This document shows positions 12,946-26,100 of a stretch of DNA of 64,000 bases, in pieces. A program made the translations under genes and the position numbers. The stretch's first letter is position 1. Each line of letters opens with the position of its first letter. Under the pieces are notes generated by a model that had not been told where the DNA came from, did not search any database, and saw only the letters and a program-made list of their open reading frames with translations. The stretch lies in the NCBI GenBank assembly GCA_020137815.1, contig CM035357.1:4960001-5024000 (forward strand), given 5' to 3'. The stretch comes from Hormiphora californensis (Eukaryota > Animalia > Ctenophora).

Positions 12946-14147
12946 ATTCCAAGGAAAAATCAAGGAGTTGGCATACGTTGCAGGCCCCTTATAATATAAT
13001 ATAAGGGGCCTGGAGGGAATACCGCGCTAGGGGGGAATACATAATCAATCATATCTCCGGTTCCAGATAAGGTACAGAAATCGTTTTGGTAGCGTTGGAA
13101 AGAGGAAGATAACAGCTTTCAAATGCAACCGGTTTCAGGTCTCTATCTTATCAGGAACAGGAGATATGAACCAAACTCCGCAAAATCGAGTGCGGTAAAA
13201 TCAAAATTTGAATGAAATTTTAAAAAAGGTGTCCCTGCAAGAATCTGTGACGTCACTTTTTGAAAACAACCCATCTTTCAACGGCTATTGCTCAGCCTCC
13301 TTAAGTCCAATTAACTTCTCTCAAAAACAGCAAGGTAGATAATCGTCAGATCTAACAACTAGTGAAAGAATCAAGTCAAACGGACTTCAGGAGCCAAAGT
13401 TATAAGCACCGCCGTTTTTTCGACCGCAAAGTTATCTTCGACCCAGCCGGGATCAGGCCAAACGCGCGCGCGGCATTCCCTCCAGTCCCCTCGTTGCGGG
13501 GGTGCGCGCATGAGGGGGCTGCAGCGCATTCCAAATCAAGGAGTCAAAAAAGAAAATTTAGAAAAAAAGTTCGCGTGCCTGGCGCTGTAGCTGCGCGGCA
13601 CAATACTGCGCGCGCAGCGTACATGCGGCGTAATCGCCAGTTTTTCGGTTCTTACATAGCAAATGCCCAATGAAATTTCACTTCCAACACCCGATGACAA
13701 ATTAAAATCGTAAGTTTTAATGTAACGAGGATCGTTAAGTTCAGTAACAGTACCACTATCAAACAAATGTTTTAAAGGCCACGGTTATTTACACCCACTC
13801 ACTCTTCTTTTGGCACGTTGGGCAGCCAACACTCTTCAAAAACATCAAGAATAGAAACCAATTGGAACATAAACGTCACACGCCCAACTCTAGAAATATT
13901 TAAATACCGCTCGTCACATTTCAATATGTGATTTTAATTCACCAAAAACAATAACAACACACTGTTTCACATCACGGGACTCTTCTTCTTCTGACACAGT
14001 CGTGAGGTAACACAGAACGGGTTGTGGTTTTATTTTGCTCCCAAACAAACGGTAAAAATCGGAATACGCAAGATTAAAAACTATCTGATATATATGTGTG
14101 TCGAGGAGGGAAAGAATGTTTGTTGAGATTCAAGTTGTTGTTGTGTT

Positions 14148-17100
14148 TCAACGACGTCTGCTAAGACCTTTGTGAAGGGAGGGTAGCTTCCTCTTCAAAA
14201 GGGCAAGGAATGTCCTCTCTAAGGACTTTCCCTCGTCATAAACTGCTGAATCGTCCTAGAGGAACAGATATATGTTAGTCATGCATTGAAGTTGTCTCTC
14301 ACGTGCGGCAACTTCGTAACCAAGGCATTGACCTACATTAAATATGAAAAGGACAACACATTTTTGGGCTACATTTCGGGGGGGGGGGGGGGGGGCTACA
14401 TTTCCTATCTCTCATCTCGTATGATAAGTAATTATTTGTTTCCAAGTCCCCTCACCTCGTTGTAACTGTAGCAGTTGTCAAGAAGTAAGATGACATCATC
14501 GACAAACTCAGCAGCTGATTGGTACTGACAGAACAGAGCTTTATCTTTTATCTCCGATAGACAGATGGGATGTCTAATCAGCTTGTAGTAATCTGGAACC
14601 TTCCTTTTGTCAACCAAATCTGAAAAGGTGAAAAGGTGAAAAGAGTGGAAAAGAACTAAATTGTTAGTGGACTTCCAACTTATTAGTGGTTTTGATAGTA
14701 GTTTTGTTAGTGGTCGGCCATTACTAACACAGTGCCGACCAGTGCCGAATTAAAACTGTGACTCCGAACCTAAAAATAGAAGATTCTTACCAACGAAATC
14801 TGAGCTCTCTGGACTTTTCAACAGTTCCTGAATGATCTCCTCTACAGCCTCCAAATCCCTATCAGCCGCTCCCCTCTTGGCATTCCGCCGACTGTTCCTT
14901 TCCTCCCGTGAACTGCCGCTGTTTCTGTTGGCACGTGGGCTGCTGTTTCGGTTAGGACGGTCACTACTGTTACCCCTACTGTTCCGGTTGGGGCGTTCGC
15001 TGCTGTTCCGGCTGGGGCGTTCACTGCTACTGTTTCTCGAGTTACCAGATCTAAAGGAAGGGGTAAGGTTACAATGTTTCTGAAAGTTGGGTCATATGAA
15101 AAAAAGTACAGTGAGGAAGTTTTGTTTTCTCCTTCCGGCTGGACAAATGAGTAGACGTGGATTTTATTGTAGAATAACGCGTTATTCTACAATAAAATCC
15201 ACGTCTACTCATTTGTCCAGCCGGAAGGAGAAAACAAAACTTCCTCACTGATATGCGGCTAATAAACAATCAACCGATCCTTATTCTCTGTCAAAAAAAG
15301 TACAGCTTTACTTGGTAAGTCTGAAGGTTGGGTCATGGGGGGAAAAGTACAGCTTTACTTGCAGTAACCCCGAGCAGTACAATATCACACATCTTATTGT
15401 TACCTCCGCGTCGCTCTCCTATCTGAATCATCTCCGGAACAACTATCACTCTCGCCCGGTCCATCACTAACAATCTCCTCAACCCTGCTCCTCTTTTTAC
15501 TCTTCTCAACCTTTCTTTTCTTCCCAGAACTCCTACTATTTGCGGAGGAAGACCGCTTCTTTCCCTTTCTCTCCTCCTCATCCTCTCGATCCCTCTGGAC
15601 TGCCCGAGAGTTGGTTGTTGTATCCTGTTCGTGCTCCTCTCCACCGTTCTGACAAGTACTACATTCCCAGTCTCCCCTGTAAAGTAGTGATGTCATGGTG
15701 ATGTCATAAATAGCAAACTGAATCCAATTTATATCGTTCAATAGGAACTATTATAAAGGGTGGTGTACAGATTGACACCCTTGGATTTAAAATTGGCTAG
15801 GAGCCAGTAATAAACAAAAGGATGGATTATATCTTTTGCAACATCTCTTACCTTGGTATCCGTTTTAGGGGTGGGTTATGGCAAAACAGATGAAAAGCTC
15901 GGGGACACTTGTCACACAGAATCAACTCCCCGGCCTCCTGACACACGCTACAAAAATCATCATTCCCATTTTCAATCACCGTCCTCTCGTCGTCCCCATC
16001 CCCCTCATTGTCTGATTCCCCTCCCTCTGATTCTCCGCTAGTACTCTCCTCTTCCTCCTCTTCAGCTAGTTTAGCTTCAATTACAGGGGCACACGTCGGA
16101 CAAAGCCATGCATCAACGGGAACCTGGGAAAGTTATTGTATTGGTGTGTTTCTCAGAGTTCTGTGTCCAATATTGATATTGAGTAGGAAAATGTTGATTT
16201 GGGGTTGATTTCAAATAAACTTGGTGTGTTGCTGATATAATGGAGGCTGCAGGGCATCCCCGGGAGGCAGGCATGACATTATATGTACCTTTTTTAGTGG
16301 AGGTCTAAGACAGCCAGTGTGATATCCAGTATCACATACATCACAAATCAGCAACTTCTTCTCAGCTCCCTTCTTCTTGCAGTTTTTACATTTCTAAAGA
16401 GAGAGGAACATACTATTAGAACGACTGTGTTCGGGGCAGGAACCGACCGAATCAGGAAATACTGGTCCCTGATTGGCTGATAACCAGTCACATGACCTAA
16501 ATAACGAGTTCTGATTGGTTGTTTACTTGTGTCGGTCGGTTCCTGGTTCGGAGCGTAAAACATAACCAGGGGGAGGGGGAATTACCCCAACCAAACCCAT
16601 AAATTCTAACAACTTACGATATTTTCGATGCTTCGTTCCCATTTTAGCGCATTATCAAGCACACTGTATAACATGTGAAGTTCAGAGTAGGTTTTAGCGC
16701 TACTAACCAGATTCCTCCAAACCTCAACCTTTTCATGGTATCGATAACTTAGATCTGGAGGAGGCAAGATTATTATGAAGAGAGAGAGGGAGGGGGAAAG
16801 AAAGTCAGCACTGTCTGACGCCGCAGACCCCGAATTGAGCACACTGTATTCAAAAACGCAGTTTGGCGCCTATTTAATTAACTAATTAACTAACTTTCAA
16901 TCACGCAACAAATTTCAATCACCTAATTAACTAATTAATTACCAGATGGGTTGTAATAGCTTGGCATTGGTTTCTTCAGATATTTTGCATCTACGGACTC
17001 CTGAATTGCTAACAGTGCGGTACTGCATTCTTCAACTGTTGGTAAATCTGAAGGGGGATATTTACATGATGGTGGGTCCGGGAGGGAGTGTGAGGGCGTC

Positions 17101-20100
17101 AGGGGTCGGGGAGGTGTGATTTTTCGCCGGGAGGTATGCCTTTTCGCGCGATTTTAAAGCAATTAAAAGAGGAGAAATAGAAGTATTTGGAATCGGTGTC
17201 ACGGGGAGAGCTGTAAATTGTCCCGTGCATATAATACCGGAGAGGAGCATGACGTGTTGTTGAAAAGTCTGTCACTTACGTTGCTTTAGATATTTGTTGA
17301 AGTTTTCCACACCCCCCAGTCCTGCGTAACTGAGATTTGTTTCCATTAGTTCAAGATCCTGAGGAAAGTTTTCGTGAGTTGTCTTGTTTAGACTGTCTCT
17401 GTTGGACAGTACGAGATGTGAGAAAAGCCATGCCAAGAAATTAGACTTCAGAGATCTTTGTCTGAGCCCTGACCTTTTTTAGCGCTTTAGTGGTGGCATC
17501 CTCGCTGCCATAAAGCCTCATATTCCGAGCGGGCAGGTTCATTTTCCTGATAGCACTCCGGATCCTATCATCATGAGCGTGGAGATTTAGAGCCAACATC
17601 TTCTCCCTGGCTCCCTTCTTGTTGAGGGAGGCTTTGAGGGACTCAAAGTGATCCTCCGAGGCGACGCAGAACCAGGTGAGGGGTTGAGGTTTTGGGACAA
17701 CGCTAGGGATAGAGGTGGGGGGTTGGGAAAGGAATGTACATTAAACAGAACTGATTTGGAGTGCTAGTGGCTCCTTGTACCAAAATCTGAAGGGACTCAC
17801 AGTGTTTGTACTTCAACTCCACTATCCTCGCTGTTTTCACTACCATTGCTTGTATCCAGAGCGGAGTCCCGTGACAAGTTCCTGAAATATTCCCCGTCCG
17901 CTTCTGTCCACCAACCCTAGTAGAGAGTGAGTTTCTGTTACTGCACTGGTCAAAACAAAACTATCAAAAAGTGGTAAAAAAGTGGTAAAAAAGTGGTCAA
18001 ACCGATCACTGAACCAATGATCAGTACCTGTTCAATATAGAATCCAGGGTAGCCCGTGAAGACCCAGTATCGATTGTAATTACGGTCCATTCCTAGTGGC
18101 TCTGTCCTCAGACTGTGTACCGTCGTTTCCAGCTCCACCTAAAAAAGAGTTGGGACTGGAAAATAAATATTGGAGAGAAAGAATAGAAGTTGGAATTAGA
18201 GAAAAAGAATTGGAGAAAGATATTTTTTCTAAATCACCAAGTACCTTCAGTTGTTCCTCTTTCCTTCGTTGATTTTGAATCTGCTGCTGTTGTTCCCTAA
18301 ACTTCTGCTCCTTGATTCTCTCTGCCTCCTGCTGGGCCTTCATCTTTTCACTGGAGAGAGAGAGGAGAATTAGTTTCGAGCAGTTGTGAGAGTGGATAAA
18401 TCGGAAATAAAAACTACTTGTTCAGAGTCCAAAAATGACAAATTCACTTACTCTTCCTCCTTTTTTCTCCTGATATCCTCGCGTCGTTTCTTAACAATTT
18501 CTGCCAGCCTACTCTCTTCCTCTCCCTCACTTCCAATTCCCTCATCATCCTTGTCTTCATCTTCCTCCTCATCTCTCCCACTGCTCTCTTCGTTTTTATC
18601 CTACAAGAGGTCAAGTTGTTCTAACCCTCCAATATTTAACCCGGTGAGAGAGGGGCAACTAACTTCAAATAACGAGAGATAAAGTTTCACCAGACCCTAT
18701 TTTCAACACGAAAGTTGTTTAACGTACCGCACTTTTCAGCATATCAGTCATGCTCCTTTGTTTCTCGCTGACACGCTGTTTGTTACGTAACACCGCCTCA
18801 TTCTGCAGGTCCCTCCTCAACCTATGCATCTTATCAGTGTTATCAAGTACCATGGTTCCAAAAGTTCCAGAAGTGACCACTTCCTCAAACAAGAGACCCA
18901 GGACATATAGTTTGTTATCTGGGGTGAGGTTGAAGAACTCCTCGGAACGGAGTTTGGTGATGATGTCATCCAGTTTATTGTCTTCCCTCAGACCCTGAAT
19001 ACTCCTGGTAGATGATGATGATGAGGGTAAGTGAATGGGTCGTGGAAGGGGGATAAAAAACCACTGTTGGTAAATTTTTAAAAGGCTCTTTAGCAAGAAA
19101 CGCCGGAAAAAATATGAAAAATAAATTCAAATGGAGGTATATTGGAACTTCCAATATACTAGGGACATATTTTCTTTCCTCCAGGTAAAGGGAAGAAAAT
19201 ATGTCCAGTGAAAGTAGTTTAAAAATTATGTCCAGTGAAAGTAAATCTCAGTTACTCACTCTAAGTACACAAGAACGGCAGCTCCGACACTATGCTCAGA
19301 GAAATCGACAGTGCTAAGAGGGATGGCAATCCCTGGAATCCTCAACTTATCCCGTTTCTCTTGCACCAGAGTCTGGAGGATGTTGATCATGATGGTAGAA
19401 AGGATCCGGTGTCCTCGAACACCCTCCGTCACTGCTTGTTCTATCAGATCTGGAAAGAATAAACACTGTTCTATTGACATTGACAAGCCAAGGAAACTAC
19501 CTGATAAACCTGCCAAATATCTAGATATTCGCTGGTCTTATCTGTATAGCTCGGGATGAGGGGTAATTTCATTTCCAAGATCTTAACTAGTTCAGACTGT
19601 ATTTTGACAGTCGTACAAACAACTGTTGTTAAACTGTTGTACAATTACAACCCGGGGTTGTAATTGTACAACCCCCCAACTCCCAAGTCCCCTTGTTTGG
19701 TTTGCTCATCCTTACCCCCGGTGTAGTTAGTATCATCCTCATTATTTGTAAAGATATGACTATAGAAATACACTGCCTCTGAGATCAGGATCAGGTTCTT
19801 GAAGGATGATTGGTCCTCAACCCCCGCTGGCAGTTCAACTGGGATGTAAGTGGGAAGGGGAACGCTGTCTTCAATAGTTAAATCGTCAACGATTATCTGG
19901 GGGAAATGGTATCAACATTGGAAACATGATAATTGGTTTGATACATGTCTAGAAGAGTATCAGTATGAACTATTATGTTGCTATTTGAATGAGGTTAGGG
20001 TGGTGAGGGGGATAAGTGGAGGCGTCCAACAAAATGGTAAAACACATACCCTCTCAAGGGCGATTTGAATCAATCTCTCTTGTCGTTGCTTCTCCCTCTC

Positions 20101-23100
20101 CTCCTCTCTCTCCCGTAGTTTATTCTCTCTTCTTCTTTGCAGTTCAGCTATCCTTTGTTCCTCTTTTATCCGCAAATACATGTCCTTTTCCTCCTGTGAC
20201 ATCTTCGACCTAAACAAAGATGAAAGTTGAAAATTGAAAACTTTAAAGAGCACCCGCCTATAAATCACCCGGAAAGTTGATTAAAAAAATTAAAATTCCT
20301 ACAACTCCAACTTACATCTTTTCTTTCTCCATCAACTTTTCCCGTTTCTCCAGGAGTAATGATTTAACTGGCGTGGAGAGTGCAAGGGACTGTACTACAC
20401 TGTCCGTTGTTGACTTTGCAAGATCGTTTAGGATCATAGATCGTCTGTAACCATTTTCTTCGACTCCCAACCTGAGTGGTAAGTAAATTCAACAATGTTT
20501 CAATATGTACTGATATACCCCAACAATCTTAAATTATGCCGCGACTTCTTATCTCAGAACTGCTGAATTTTTACTTTCGCCACCAAGATAAGTGCGATTT
20601 GCCTGTCAGCAGGTGCCACCAAATCCACGGTAATTATACAGTTTCGGGGGATAGTTTCGACTTTCAAGTGATATGTATGAAGACACTCAAGCAGTCAGCT
20701 GATGTCTCTGATCGTGCGTTGGTTCTACTGCGGTACATAAACGGTAGGCCGTAGGTGAGCCGTGAGTAGAACTTCGCTCCTAATAAAAGGCGACTACACC
20801 ACCCAGTTGAATGTTCCTTGTAACAGTGTGCCCCCTTCTTGGGACGCTGTTACTACCTATATATTCTGCTCATCTCATCAATTACTCTATAGTTATGTTC
20901 CACTATATTGCATTACTCCTATCCTGTCTGGTATACACAGCTACTGCCTATGGTGAATGTGGAGATGACTACTGCTATTCCAATCTGCTGCCATCACATC
21001 TATAAAGGTCTTGATGTCTACTACTGCTGTGACAAACAGATATGGAAATATCTCGTTAAAGGTATTATAGGTATGCTTTCCGGTATTTTTATGTTCGGAT
21101 TGTTACTGTGGTTCAAGTGGCCCACACAGTTTGAAAACTTCTGGTTGGGTGTTTGGAATTTTCTCAAGTGTGGCTGTCTTAGGAGGAATTTTATAGACGC
21201 TGACGGATACGAGAACATTTAGAGCGCTGTGTGACTATTGAAACTGATAACGGAATTGCCTTGTTAGGCCCTTTCTCCCCACAGCCACTCTTGTACAAAT
21301 GTAAAGGACGGTTAGAATCGCCTTGCTCGACATTTTTGATATATTTTGACCGTTTTTATACCCGCTGTTACAAACCGAGTTTATTTGGTACTTACAGATC
21401 TCGAATAGTTGTAGAGATGGTGTTTTTATTGGTAAAATTGAGGAGGGACGTTTGTTTCATCTTTCCAGAATTCTCACCACCCTGAAATATGTAACGGTAG
21501 AAGGAAATGAGCCAACACATGCACAGAAAACATCCCTGCCCGCCATCTTGGTGTTGCTAGCTCTCACACACATCACGAGGCAGTGTTGGAGCGGGAAAAG
21601 CATCCCGAAACAGAGGCAGAAAAAGCGCGCACTGCGTTTCAAGTGCTGACAATTATCACTTTCGTTACTTTGAGGTTCGCGCGCGTCCCTCAAACGAGCG
21701 CCTTCCTCTCTTTCCCTCCGTCACTGATGTCGTACCAGCTACACTCGACAGAGAGCGAGACCTTTCTCTCTTTGTCTCATTCTCCCTATCTTCTTCGTCT
21801 TTTTGTAACTCGGCGAGCAGTAGGAGAAAAATAAAGGACGAAGAATCACGGCCCCTGATTTACGGGCATAATGCTCACTAAAAACAGGCAGAAAAGCGTT
21901 TTTCGGACAGATCTCATGGCCGATCGACGACTCTCACCTTTTCAACAATCTGCTCCTTATACTTTTTAACGAGAGATTTAACTTTGTTCGTAAACTCTCG
22001 GAGCTCCTTCGTCGAGGTCTTCTTCCCCGATTTCTCACTTTTTGTACTGTTACTATCGGAATCAGATATCGTCACCACCTCTGAGTTACTGCCACCCTGT
22101 GTGGTGGTTGGAGGAAGTGGTTAGTTACTGCCACCCTGTGTGGTGGTTGGAGGAAGTGGTTAGTTACTGCCACCCTGTGTGGTGGTTGGAGGAAGTGGTT
22201 AGTTACTGCCACCCTGTGTGGTGGTTGGAGGAAGTGGTTAGTTACTGCCACCCTGTGTGGTGGTTGGAGGAAGTGGTTAGTTACTGCCACCCTGTATCAT
22301 GGTGGTGGTGGTTGGTGTTAGTTAGATCTGGATTGGAGGAAGTGGTTAGTTACTGCCACCCTGTATCATGGTGGTGGTTGGGGTTAGTTAGATCTGTAGT
22401 TGGAGGAAGTGGTTAGTTACTGCCACCCTGTATCATGGTGGTGGTTGGGGTTAGTTAGATCTGTGGTTGGAGGAAGTGGTTAGTTACTGCCACCCTGTGT
22501 GGTGGTTGGTGTTAGTTAGATCTGGATTGGAGGAAGTGGTTAGTTACTGCCACCCTGTGTGGTGGTTGGTGAACTAGTTAGATCTGCGGTTGGTGAACTA
22601 GTTAGATCTGGATTGGAGGAAGTGCTGCAAAATGTGATAAAATGCTTAATCGGAGTGGTTTGTGTGCTCTTTTGTTAAATCTGTAAACGTAAAACTCCAT
22701 GAAGATGTTGTGTGGCTCACACCGCATTTTATTTCAGTGCGCTCTGTGATGGTTTGGTAGATCAATGAAGATGTTGTTATGTTCTAACCCTCCCTTTACA
22801 TTTGTAAAGGAAGGTGCGGGGCGCCCGAAACACAGCCTAGCCAGGCAATGAAGATGTGCTTACAAACACCACTTACCAAGGAACCTCCTCTATTGTTCGG
22901 AATTTCCTTCCAAGTCGTGATCAACTTTCCGTCCTCTCCGATGCTGTGGATCTTAATCTTTTTAGTAGCTCCACTACTGGATCCCTTGCTGTTTGGGGTT
23001 AGAGATTTGGACTTTTTAGCCGTCCCCGTTGTCATTGTTTTTGGACCACTCTTCTTTGTACTCGCCTGAAATCATAAATATTTCACGATATAAATCACAA

Positions 23101-26100
23101 ATGTTTCACGATATAATAATACGATAATACGATAATACTTATATCGGGTCTTATTTTCGTAAAATGTGTCTGGATAGGGACTGGATAGTAGGGTGTGCTA
23201 TTTCAAATTTTTTTCGACTAGGCCATTCAGTATCTAGCTAATGTGAAACTATGGACAATTCTCTATCACATCAGCAAAACAGAATCGAGATAGTGTTTGT
23301 CAGTTACGTTGGCATCGCGATATAAAAAGTGTAGTTTTTAACTGAAAAATGGTAAAAACAGGGAAATATGTGTGGTTTTCACCAGTTTTTGACATGTTCT
23401 TGATATCAACTTTTTATGTTCAGGATCGTGTTCAGCACCTCGAAACTGACAAGAATTGATATGCATCATTAAATGATGCTAAAGTTCATTTTTGACCTAA
23501 AAATGTTCATTTTTGACAAAAAATGTTCATTTTTGACAAAAAATGTTCATTTTGGACATGTTCTTAAATTTTGAGAGCTTTTTCATGAACGGGATCGTGT
23601 TCCACAGTCCAAAATTAGTCGATTACAACCGAAATTTGCTTTCCACCAAGAAAAAACTTAAAAAAATTAAAATTCGTCCCCACGATTCTGTAAGTTGGTA
23701 AAATTAGCAAGAAAAAAAGTGAGAAAAATTTTTATTTTTGTTCATAAAGTGGATGTCTGAAGACTCAAACTGAAAGTAACAGTTGTATAAGTTGTCACGA
23801 GACGATTTATATGTGTGTTTTGTTCGAAATCACGCCCTAAAACAGACTTTTTGAAATGAATATGCCCATATATGGGCATAGCTCGTGCCAACGTAATTGG
23901 GCCATGGTAGAGCCAAAACTTTGTGATAAAATGTTTTAGAATGATCGTAGGAGCTCATTTAACCCGATACCAAGTGGATAGTGGAGAGACTCACCGCTGC
24001 AAGGACAGATTTAACAGTAGCAAACTTGTGGGGGATGGAATACTTCAACAACATCTCCTTGGACACATTGTACATGTTTGATGATTTGGTCGTGTGAAAC
24101 TTTATAAACATCTTAATCAGCTCCTTAGAGGGGACCACAAACGTCCGACTGGAAATAATGTGGGATTATGGAGAGGGACTAGACAACTCCCTCTCCAGTC
24201 GAGTGCAGAGGGAGTTGCTTTACAATAGAAGAAAACAACATATCTCTATGAAATTGATAGTATCTTCTCGGAGAGAGAGAACCACTACCGTGCGTCCCCC
24301 ACTTTTACTACCTTATTTGGCTTGAAGGGATATCACTGGCAGTCTCTTCGGTCTCCACGTACTTCAACCCGTAGCTGTACCTAGGGAGGGATAGTTAATA
24401 ATACGGTCCTTAATCGATATTATATACATTTTGTTATGTTCTAACCCTCCTTTACGGAGCTCGCGAAAAGGGTCCCGATATTATAATACTTAGTGCCCAG
24501 TAAAACGATAGTTCAATTAAGAAACTAACGTTTCAAGGGCCTCCTCATCCTCCTCTAAAGATGTGATACAACTGGTAACAATGGCATCCCTCTCATTGTG
24601 CTGCACTTCCTCTCCTTCCATGCACTGCACTTTGTACCTGGGGGTGTGGTAATTAGAAGGTGGTAATTAGGGGGTGGTGATTACTTATTTGAGCGGGAAA
24701 CGTATAAAATAAAACTAAAGTACCCAGCAAACACAGTTTGCGTAGATTGCTTGCCAGCGCCAAATTTCAGACGGTCATAGCTCCACTCCCTGGTGAGATA
24801 GAGATTAGAGACAAAACAAATTTCGAGTCTCTATCTTATCAGGGGGTGGATCTATGGCCGTCTGAAATTTGGCGCTGACAAGCAATCTACGCCAACTGTG
24901 TTTGCTGGGTACTTTAGTGATAAGGGGGATTAGTGAAGAGCCATTGAACATTGAACATTTGTTTTGAGAGAATGTAGTGAGTGTGAAAATAAAGCGACGG
25001 AGACCAAAATTAGATTTTTTAAAAGTGAGGTGTAGTACACGTCACCTAACAAAACCTGACACCGCGAACTGGCATTTTTTGGGGGTTTAAGGGTACGCTA
25101 ACCAAAAATTTTTTCCCTGCCCGGGTGGATGCCCGAAGGGCATCCACCCGGATGATCGGTTTAGCACGTGTGCTAAAAAGATCATAAAGGGTTTAGAAAT
25201 CTCGGATTTGAAATAGTAACTCGAGCGTGGTCAAAATCGCGTGTGTCACGGTAGCAGACTGACAACCGCGATGCTGACAATTTTGAAAAGTTCGTCCGCA
25301 AAGTTATTTCACTACGGATTGTGGTGGCGTGCGCTCAAAATTTGCTGCGCGCGCACACTCTCAATGCAGCGTATGTATACACACCTCACGCGTTACAGCA
25401 TAGCCGTAGCGCTCGAATGGATTTAACTTCTTGGTAAATCTGATTGAAACTAAAAGGCGTTGAAAGCTCAGCTCGTTAGTATGGTGACTGAGGGAACGTG
25501 AGAAGTTTCTCATGCATAGCTCGGTGTCACATAACATTGTAATTAGGCGTTGGCGGACGACGATCAGATCACATTGCACGGTATCGTCTGGTGTGACTGT
25601 GAGCGGCGCTTACCAGATCTCATCGTTTATCAGTGATCGGTTCGAGTATTCGTTGGCAGGGAAACACAGCATTATGAAACATAATGCAATAATAATTCTT
25701 GTTTTCGAGTGCAGGGAAATCTCTCACCGTAGGGTTGTAGGCCATGCCAAGGAGACCTCAAATATGCAATTTGAGCTCTCAAGTCGAATTCATATTTTTG
25801 CTACAGCTGTTTAAAAAATGTCCTGTAAATACGTTTTTGGCATCTCAAAAATTTTTTTTTAAAGATAGGAGCATGAAAATTTGGGGATTTGAAGAGGACA
25901 TGAAGGTGAACAACCACAAAAAATTTTTTTGCAATCCGAGCTGATTTCCGGTCCTGAGATGGATTTCTTTTTTTCCACTTTAACGCCCTATTTGGCAAAG
26001 TTCCGAAAACATGTGAAAGCTGTAAATTGGTGAAAAGTTGCGTCTAACGATTATCTAAGTGGCCATAAATTTTGGGCGTGTCCTTATTTGAGATAAGCTG

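Larger units (their letters stand above)
11778..13545. mobile_element. Tandemly duplicated about 560-bp repeat element; copy 1 carries two younger insertions; a related end lies at 33044-33110
   Basis: 11778-11837 matches 12971-13029; 12062-12560 matches 13030-13528. Confidence 0.8.

Noticed and set aside
22084-22623. CRISPR-like appearance of the 39-bp array (also 42038-42690 and 9465-9625)
   Set aside because: Head-to-tail repeats with no unique spacers and no cas genes, in eukaryotic context
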